IMG/VR virus record: IMGVR_UViG_3300031687_000007
Location: 3,826 to 67,825 of that record
Reading direction: 5' to 3' (one strand)
Length of the DNA stretch: 64,000 nt
DNA from: a virus
Below are positions 56,818 through 64,000 of this stretch, piece by piece; position 1 is the first letter of the stretch, and each line of letters begins with the position of its first letter. The position numbers were made by a program, and so were the translations under genes. Below the pieces are notes generated by a model. It did not search any database and was not told the DNA's origin. It saw only the letters and a list, made by a program, of their open reading frames with translations.

Positions 56818-58757
56818 TGGCTATTAAGATAGGTTCACTAAAGCGGATCAATCTTGAGGTAGCTTCTTTAATATACCAAAAGCTTGAAGTAGCAAACCTT
56901 GCCTATGCTAAACCTGAGGTAGGAACACTCACGTATTTAGATCCAGAGTTCTCTGATGTTTACCTAGATCCTGACACCAAGAATAAGGTAACTCATGAAA
57001 TATCAGTTATTATGGATTCATACTTCGTAAGTGTGTCTTTAGCAAAAACTGATAATACCAGTGCGGTAGACACATACGCTATAGCCCTCAGAAAGGCTGT
57101 AGAAGAGATTGTTAACCTAGGTGATACATCTTTACTAAACATAACTAAGAACGTCTTAGACGAGTCTGTAGTAACTGACATAGTACGTTTGTCTATAAAC
57201 AAAGCGTTTGATGATAATGCTTCAATGTCAGAACACTTCAACGTACAGACTATTAAAACATTCAACGACTCTATGGTCTCATCAGACCTATTCAACATGG
57301 TTGTTGATTACGTCAGAAAGTTTGAGGACTACATTGCAATAGACGACTTTGCAGGAATTGATAAGTACTACAACGGTGCTAAGCACAACGTAGTTGGTGC
57401 AATAGATCACGCTGTATTCGCCTTGAACATGTTGAAGGGTGACGTAACTGGTGCTAATGACCTTCTGATCAATATACAGACTAGTAAATACGTACATGAG
57501 ACCGTTGGTTTTGTAGATGCACTCAGAAAGGTGTCAATACACGCCCTGGTGGACGCTCCACTAGTATCTGATGTAGTTGCACTAGTTATGCGAAACAAGC
57601 TTAACGACTCTACTGATGGCCTTACAGATACCCTGGCACTTGCCAGTGAATTGTCTAAGGGCGATATGCTTGGTGTACTAAGTACGCTACGTAAGCGTAT
57701 ATCCACTGTGTACTCAGATACTCAGTCAATCACTGATGCACATGTGATCGGTACAACAAAGTATGTGCACGATACCGTACAAATGGATGACGCATTTGGC
57801 TACTTAGCGCAGGTTGTAGCAAGTAATGATAATTCAACTAGTATGTTGGATTTACTTAAGGTAGTTACCTCTAAGGGTATATCCGATACTCCCATTATCA
57901 CAGAAAGCTTACAGAAGATCATATCCCAAGCATTGACTGACCAGGCTACAGTGGCTGATGTTGCTGCAATCGTATACCGTAAAAGTGTATCAGACATTAC
58001 AGATGGGCTATTGGATAACCTGTCAATTTCCACCTCTCTTAAGTACGCTGACGCAGTAGGGACACTATCTACACTACGAAAGAGTGTAATTACTAAACTT
58101 GTAGATACTACTGGTACCACTGACCTAACTAAAATGGTTATGTCTAAGTATCTGCACGATGCGGTAGGTATAGACGACTCGTTTGACTTCCTTGGTAAGG
58201 TTAACTTCACTAAGGGAAATGTAACTATAGTCAGTGACTTGCTGAGTATAAGGCTATTTAAGGAACTAGAGGATACGATATCAATATCTGAGCTGTTCAA
58301 AAAAGACATTACACGTAACGTCAGTGACTCTTCTATAGCTACTGATGTACTTGCAATGATAATACAGAGCAGAATGGTTACCTCAACAACATCTCCCCTA
58401 GATCATATTGTGATACGTAGCAGTATGACTAAGAATGATGATGTTGGTATGCTTAGCGCACTTAAAAAGGTTATTATTAACCGAATACAGGATATTGTAG
58501 GTACTACAGACAGTTTGTCACGGAGTATCAATAAGGTATTCCATGATGGGGTTGCAGTAGACGACTCGATCTCTGTTCGAGAAAAGACACTACTAACTAA
58601 GCTGAACGTAGCTAGTGCATTTGATCTACTAAAAATTCAGACCTCGAAAGGGGCAACTGATGTTGCGAGTATGTCTGATACAATTACTGTATTATACATT
58701 CCTGGCAGCTTAATGCTGTTTAACAGCGTTTCATTTAACGAAAGCACCTTCGGGTAA
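56817..58757 (+). CDS. Repetitive fibrous tail protein
   Basis: Roughly 18-aa K...D.....D units nested in three 129-aa super-repeats. Confidence 0.65.
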   Translation: MAIKIGSLKRINLEVASLIYQKLEVANLAYAKPEVGTLTYLDPEFSDVYLDPDTKNKVTHEISVIMDSYFVSVSLAKTDNTSAVDTYAIALRKAVEEIVNLGDTSLLNITKNVLDESVVTDIVRLSINKAFDDNASMSEHFNVQTIKTFNDSMVSSDLFNMVVDYVRKFEDYIAIDDFAGIDKYYNGAKHNVVGAIDHAVFALNMLKGDVTGANDLLINIQTSKYVHETVGFVDALRKVSIHALVDAPLVSDVVALVMRNKLNDSTDGLTDTLALASELSKGDMLGVLSTLRKRISTVYSDTQSITDAHVIGTTKYVHDTVQMDDAFGYLAQVVASNDNSTSMLDLLKVVTSKGISDTPIITESLQKIISQALTDQATVADVAAIVYRKSVSDITDGLLDNLSISTSLKYADAVGTLSTLRKSVITKLVDTTGTTDLTKMVMSKYLHDAVGIDDSFDFLGKVNFTKGNVTIVSDLLSIRLFKELEDTISISELFKKDITRNVSDSSIATDVLAMIIQSRMVTSTTSPLDHIVIRSSMTKNDDVGMLSALKKVIINRIQDIVGTTDSLSRSINKVFHDGVAVDDSISVREKTLLTKLNVASAFDLLKIQTSKGATDVASMSDTITVLYIPGSLMLFNSVSFNESTFG

Positions 58758-58769
58758 AGGAGAAGTAAA

Positions 58770-59201
58770 ATGCTTAACGATAAGCTATCTCTAACTGGTG
58801 CGCTGACTGTCTCCGTAAATGGCGAAGTTGTGCGTGACATTAGAAACCTGGTAGTAACCTCTGGTAAAGAATTGGTTGCTGCTAACTTACAAGGCGGTAC
58901 TGTTACACCAATCACTCACATGGGTGTTGGTAGTGGTACTTCTGCAGCTGCTGCTGGTGACGTTGCTCTAGGAGCACAGATAGATCGTAATGCTCTGTCT
59001 ACTTCTGGTGGATCTGTTACTGCTGCTGTAGTTACATATGAGTGTACTTGGTTACCGGGTGACGGTACTGGTGCTCTTACAGAAGCAGGCTTATTCTCTG
59101 CTTCAACCGGTGGTGAGATGTTGGCACGTACTGTATTCCCTGTAGTAAACAAGGGTGCAGACGACAACGTTACTATCGTGTGGGATGTAACAATTTCTTA
59201 A
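58770..59201 (+). CDS. Small tail protein
   Basis: NLVVTSG, THMGVGSG, ALTEAGLF...MLARTVF.VVNK. Confidence 0.75.
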   Translation: MLNDKLSLTGALTVSVNGEVVRDIRNLVVTSGKELVAANLQGGTVTPITHMGVGSGTSAAAAGDVALGAQIDRNALSTSGGSVTAAVVTYECTWLPGDGTGALTEAGLFSASTGGEMLARTVFPVVNKGADDNVTIVWDVTIS

Positions 59202-59210
59202 GGGAGTAAT

Positions 59211-62200
59211 TTGATGGCGATTAAGTACAGCAACAACGCTAAAGCAACTTTAGCTAGTGCTATAAATAGTACAGTTACTACAATCACTGTAGTAGATGGT
59301 ACCTCATTACCTACGTTAGGTGCTGGGGATGTGATGTACTTAACGCTATCAGATCTCAGTAACACTGTTAATGAAATTGTTAAGTGTACAGCCATATCAG
59401 GCACTACATGTACAATAGTGCGCGGGCAGGAAAGTACTGCCCCTTTATCTTGGATAGTTGGATCAAATGTCCAGCTACGTTTAACAGCAGGAGTCCTAGA
59501 GACCCTGTTGGATGGAAAAATAGATGACAGCCAGGTACTAAAGAATGTACCTGCTAACGCATTGTTCACTGATACGAACACAACTTACTCAGTAGGGGAT
59601 GGCGGTCTAACGACCCATAACTTTACTACGACTGACCACAATAAATTAAATGGTATCCAGTCAGGCGCTACAGCAGATCAAGACTTGTCTGCACTAGCGC
59701 CAAAGGCTAGCCCAACATTTACTGGCACAGTCAATAGTCCGGGGTACTTTACCACTTCCTCAGCTGCACATACTTTCACCACTGCGTACGGTAATATCAC
59801 CCTTGGCCCTGGAAATAGTAGCTGGGGGCATATACAAACTGACCGTGGCCTATTCTACATGAACAAAAGCGTTCATGTTAATGGTGGGATATATAAGTAC
59901 GTCGGTGGTGCTGAATACTGGCATCCCAACAACGACGGTAGCGGTTCCGGGCTAGATGCAGATACTTTAGATGGACAGCAGGGTTCTTATTACGCAACAG
60001 GGACTCACTTGCACGATTCCCGTTACATGCGGAAAGATTCTGCTAACACTATAAGCAACTACAGCTATTTAAACAGGTTCTACTCCAACACCAACGGTGC
60101 ATCCACAGCAGGAGGGCAATCCTCCTTAGAGGTGTATACATCTGGTGCAGGTAATGACGCATTTATGGCCTTCCATGTCGGCGGCGATTATGCAACTTAT
60201 TTCGGTTTGGATGGTGACACTAACGACCTGTTCGTAGGTGGTTGGATTAAGGGTGCATCACGTAATAAGATTTGGCACCAAGGTAACGATGGCTCAGGCT
60301 CAGGTCTAGATGCTGACTTATTGGATGGTGTTCAAGGTTCAGGGTACGCTAAGGTACTAGGTCGTGTAGTCACAAACTGTAATGATGCTGCGTACCGTAT
60401 TCCTGGAATGTATGGTTTTAGTGACGTACCGACTAATGGAACGGGTAAAAACTACTCGTCGATGGTAGTTGCTGCGAACATAGATACAGGGCTTCAAATA
60501 GCTGGCGGATATTCCAACAACGAGCTTTATTTTAGAGGGTGGTCTAGTTACGGTTCAACATACTACGCATGGCATAAATTATTCCATACTGGTAATGATG
60601 GCAGCGGTTCTGGTTTAGACGCTGACTTGTTGGATGGTCAACAAGGATCATATTACTCTCCTGCGCACTCGCACCCGTACCTACCAATCACTGGGGGTAC
60701 GCTTACAGGTAACCTAGCTATAAGCGGAGGTAATGAAAGACTTACTGTCGGTGGTACTACCACAGTAGATACCATAGACGGTAACCGCCCTAACATTACG
60801 TTAATGGGCGGTGTGTATCCGCACATGACCATAGATTCCCGTAATGCGGGTAACACTGGTACGAACGGTAATCATGGCCCCGTATTCTCATTCGTGCAAC
60901 GATTAAGCACATCTGGGTATAGGCGTTTTGCTATAGGTACTGCAGGGTATAATGGCGATAGATTATCATTCGGGTATGCTGATAATAACCCTAACCCGCA
61001 CCACGGTATGGGAATAGATTCTACTGGCGGTATGATGTACCTAACAACAGGTGCACAGCTTATTGTTAACGGTAGTGTCAGTACACCTATACTCTATGAC
61101 AAGGATAATACAGCGTACTACACTAATCCGGCGTCTAACTCCCATCTAAATATGTTATCAACTGCTGGCACAATTACTACTCCTAAAATTATAATGACGG
61201 GGGATCAGTCAAGGGGCAAATTGAGTGTATGGGCAGGTAATACATACGGCATTGGAATGGGCTCAGGTTATAACTTCGGTGGTCTAGTGAATGAATACGC
61301 AATGACCTTCCAGATGAGCAACACCGCTAATCGAGGTTTTTGGTGGGGGGACTCATCACATACAAACTCTCAAGGAGCAATGTCGTTAACTACTACAGGT
61401 AAATTAACAGTAGCCTCTGGTATTCGTGTTGGCTACGGTGAAACTGACACGACTGCACCAGTCGGTGGATTGCAGGTATCTGGAATAGGCGTATCTAATA
61501 CAAGCTTTAGAGCACCTATCTTCTATGATACTGACAATACAGCTTACTACACTAATCCAGCGTCTAACTCCCACCTGAACACATTATCAACCGCTGGTAC
61601 TATTACTGCGCCACAATTCCATAGCACCGCAAATGGTACTGGTATGAACTATAAGGTTGGTGATGATGCTTGGATAGGTGACACCAACGTAGCCAATACT
61701 ATACGCATCCAAGGGAACCAGAGCGCAGCTAACGGTTATATTTCTTTCGGAAGTAGTAGTAACACTACTCTCGGTCGTGCAGGGGCAGGCGCATTAACGT
61801 GGGGTGGTAATACAGTATGGCACTCAGGTAACGACGGCTCTGGTTCTGGCTTAGATGCAGATTTATTGGATGGATACCAAGGTTCCGAGTATGTTAAGAA
61901 CAGTGACACACAGCGAACAGGTGACGCATACTGGGATATAAATTCTACCAAGCTCACTTCAGCCGAGATTAGAAGACAATTAAACACTACTAATACTAAT
62001 ATTGTCGCGGTTGATGACGGCACTGCACCAGAAGGCGGTTGTTTTCAGGCGACAGGGTATGTCAGTTTGATGGCTTCCGATTACTGGAAGATCGATGAGG
62101 ATGCAACATATCAGTTTGAGGTTTGGGTTAAGTTCATATCAGGAACAGGCACGAGTCAATTATTGTACGCAGGCTGGGGCGCATACGATGTAAACAAATC

Positions 62201-63431
62201 ATACTTCGGCAACACTAATAGGTATTGGGGCGCGTCAAGTGAGGCATTTGACGCTGACTCCCGTAACGATGGGGTTTGGCATAAAGTGGTTGGACGCATA
62301 GGCCCGGGGCAATTCACTGCCGGGACTGAGTATGCTAAACCGTTATTACTTCTAAACTACAGTACTGGCTCTAACGTGACACGCTATTGCGGTCTAAAAA
62401 TGTATCGCGCAGACGAAAAACTAACGTCTTCGATTAGGCAGATGTCGGTATCAGCTAAGAACGGTACTGTTGATGGGCATATCAGTACCTTCCTAGACTC
62501 AGCGGGTAATGTTAATACTGCTGGTGCAATGACGGCTACAGGTATCGTCACATCGAGCGCGTCACATAGAGCACCTATCTTCTACGATACTGATAACACT
62601 GCGTACTATACCAATCCAGCATCTAACTCCCACCTGAATACACTAACGCTAGCTGGAACTATAACTCAGTCCAGTGTAGGTAACTCTAAATGGCCTTATC
62701 TGTTTACAACGAGCGCAGTAGGCAATGATAACGCATCAGGTTTCTGGACAAGTAGTTCAGGTTATCCAGATATGCGCCTACGTAAAGATGGTAGTGCCGT
62801 TAAGGCTCTTATATCTTCATGGGAAAGAAGTCATGTTTCCTACGGTTTCGATGTCACTGGTACGTTAACTACCACAGATACTATCACCACTCCACGTATT
62901 AATGTGAGACCTGCAGCTAACGCTGGCCCTTGCTTAATAAGCTTCTCAGACAATATTCCGTCGGCAGGACAGAACGGTACCATTGAGTACACTCACTCGG
63001 ATGCAAACAGCCTCGGTGCTGGGGAGTCATTCCATGTATATGGTACTGAAACATCGCTGAATTTCCATGTCGCTGGAACTGGATTATTCACTGGTAACGT
63101 CACTGCGTACTACTCAGATGAACGCCTAAAGGACTTTGAGGGAACTATACCTAACGCGCTAGATAAGGTTAAGCAACTTAACGGTTACTACTACAAAGGA
63201 AACGATGTAGCAGCTACGTTCGGTTACGACACTGAAGAGCGTCAGGTAGGTGTATCAGCCCAAGAAGTTGAAGCGGTGTTACCAGAGATCGTAGTGGATG
63301 CAGCTATCGGTGAAGGGTATAAGACTGTCCAATATGACAAGCTCGTGCCGTTACTAATTGAAGCAGTAAAAGAGTTGACTGCCAAGGTCGAATCCCTAGA
63401 AACACAACTATCTCAGAAGGAGATATTATAA
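59211..63431 (+). CDS. Long tail fibre with C-terminal intramolecular chaperone (peptidase S74-like)
   Basis: NNA..TL...EIVKCTA...RGQE anchor; repeated NDGSGSGLDADLLDG; YSDERLK...GVSAQEV...VQYDKLVPLLIEAVKEL. Confidence 0.88.
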   Translation: MMAIKYSNNAKATLASAINSTVTTITVVDGTSLPTLGAGDVMYLTLSDLSNTVNEIVKCTAISGTTCTIVRGQESTAPLSWIVGSNVQLRLTAGVLETLLDGKIDDSQVLKNVPANALFTDTNTTYSVGDGGLTTHNFTTTDHNKLNGIQSGATADQDLSALAPKASPTFTGTVNSPGYFTTSSAAHTFTTAYGNITLGPGNSSWGHIQTDRGLFYMNKSVHVNGGIYKYVGGAEYWHPNNDGSGSGLDADTLDGQQGSYYATGTHLHDSRYMRKDSANTISNYSYLNRFYSNTNGASTAGGQSSLEVYTSGAGNDAFMAFHVGGDYATYFGLDGDTNDLFVGGWIKGASRNKIWHQGNDGSGSGLDADLLDGVQGSGYAKVLGRVVTNCNDAAYRIPGMYGFSDVPTNGTGKNYSSMVVAANIDTGLQIAGGYSNNELYFRGWSSYGSTYYAWHKLFHTGNDGSGSGLDADLLDGQQGSYYSPAHSHPYLPITGGTLTGNLAISGGNERLTVGGTTTVDTIDGNRPNITLMGGVYPHMTIDSRNAGNTGTNGNHGPVFSFVQRLSTSGYRRFAIGTAGYNGDRLSFGYADNNPNPHHGMGIDSTGGMMYLTTGAQLIVNGSVSTPILYDKDNTAYYTNPASNSHLNMLSTAGTITTPKIIMTGDQSRGKLSVWAGNTYGIGMGSGYNFGGLVNEYAMTFQMSNTANRGFWWGDSSHTNSQGAMSLTTTGKLTVASGIRVGYGETDTTAPVGGLQVSGIGVSNTSFRAPIFYDTDNTAYYTNPASNSHLNTLSTAGTITAPQFHSTANGTGMNYKVGDDAWIGDTNVANTIRIQGNQSAANGYISFGSSSNTTLGRAGAGALTWGGNTVWHSGNDGSGSGLDADLLDGYQGSEYVKNSDTQRTGDAYWDINSTKLTSAEIRRQLNTTNTNIVAVDDGTAPEGGCFQATGYVSLMASDYWKIDEDATYQFEVWVKFISGTGTSQLLYAGWGAYDVNKSYFGNTNRYWGASSEAFDADSRNDGVWHKVVGRIGPGQFTAGTEYAKPLLLLNYSTGSNVTRYCGLKMYRADEKLTSSIRQMSVSAKNGTVDGHISTFLDSAGNVNTAGAMTATGIVTSSASHRAPIFYDTDNTAYYTNPASNSHLNTLTLAGTITQSSVGNSKWPYLFTTSAVGNDNASGFWTSSSGYPDMRLRKDGSAVKALISSWERSHVSYGFDVTGTLTTTDTITTPRINVRPAANAGPCLISFSDNIPSAGQNGTIEYTHSDANSLGAGESFHVYGTETSLNFHVAGTGLFTGNVTAYYSDERLKDFEGTIPNALDKVKQLNGYYYKGNDVAATFGYDTEERQVGVSAQEVEAVLPEIVVDAAIGEGYKTVQYDKLVPLLIEAVKELTAKVESLETQLSQKEIL

Positions 63432-63811
63432 TGAGCATCACTTATACATGGGAAGTCACTTCCCTTAAAACTAAGAACGAAATCAACGGTGACGGTATTG
63501 TATTACCTAACGCCATCTGCCAGAGCTACTGGAAGAAGATTGGTACAGACACTGAAGGGAACGTAGGTACGTTCTCTGGCGCTACACCATTCTCTGCAGC
63601 TAACTTGAGTGCAGAAGCATTCCAACAGCTAGACACCCTGACTGAAGCCACTGTACTTAGTTGGATCAAAGCAGTGTGCGTTGGTGGGTATGCTGAGCAC
63701 ATTGATCAACAGATACAGAAGCAGATTGACGAAGGTGTTTCACCTATCAGTGATACAGATATGCCTTGGGCACCTGTGGTTGTTGAAGAAACTACACCTG
63801 AACCAGTGTAA
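63431..63811 (+). CDS. Tail-fibre-associated hypothetical protein
   Basis: ITYTWEV...LTEATVLSW...MPW; this type often follows phage fibres. Confidence 0.7.
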   Translation: MSITYTWEVTSLKTKNEINGDGIVLPNAICQSYWKKIGTDTEGNVGTFSGATPFSAANLSAEAFQQLDTLTEATVLSWIKAVCVGGYAEHIDQQIQKQIDEGVSPISDTDMPWAPVVVEETTPEPV

Positions 63812-63822
63812 GGAGAAGGATA

Positions 63823-64000
63823 ATGGCGGTAACATTAACAAACACAGGTATCCAATTCTCCGATGGTACTGCGCAAAACTCTGCAGCATCTGGGGGTAAT
63901 GGAGCATTTGCTAAATATACCACTGGATCAGCTACGTTTCTGATTCCAGGAAGTGCTGGTGGTATGATGCTAACACTCACAGGTGGAGGTGGGGGTGCAG
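63823..64000 (+). CDS. Glycine-rich tail-associated protein, 3'-truncated
   Basis: AAGGA RBS; MAVTLTNTGIQFSDGTAQ...TLTGGGGGA is open to the window end. Confidence 0.6.
   Translation, partial: MAVTLTNTGIQFSDGTAQNSAASGGNGAFAKYTTGSATFLIPGSAGGMMLTLTGGGGGA

Noticed and set aside
59915-62670. Diversity-generating retroelement template/variable repeat pair
   Set aside because: Differences between copies are synonymous rather than adenine-specific, all copies are coding, and no reverse transcriptase is seen.
1-64000. tRNA genes, integrase, genetic-code reassignment, lysis cassette
   Set aside because: No cloverleaf or recombinase seen. All three stop codons end genes normally. Lysis genes would be expected upstream of the portal, outside the window.

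Overview
The window is about 64 kb of an N4-like podovirus (Schitoviridae) genome, assembled in circularly permuted form. The + strand late block at 1-20560 follows N4 gene order: portal, gp58/gp57-like, major capsid, gp55-51-like and a 3157-aa virion RNA polymerase. The - strand early/middle block at 45.7-20.6 kb carries a two-subunit RNAP II, dNMP kinase, an AAA/VWA pair, an SPFH protein, a SleB-like hydrolase, a split family-A DNA polymerase, exonuclease, primase-helicase, Sak4-like ATPase, SSB and RusA. The divergent noncoding region at 45.1-46.0 kb probably holds the physical genome ends. Terminase and a large modular tail region follow at 46-64 kb. The main leads are: (1) four hairpin promoters of N4 vRNAP type spread deep into the middle region; (2) one of these drives a ~90-nt noncoding RNA with two identical 11-nt motifs, closed by its own terminator; (3) a DNA polymerase split by two apparently paralogous orphan ORFs and flanked by two similar pseudoknot-like elements; (4) a DUF2829 (Tad2-like) sponge fusion; (5) no standalone helicase, rII or thymidylate genes that I could recognise. 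All family assignments come from motif recognition and synteny by eye; no searches were run.
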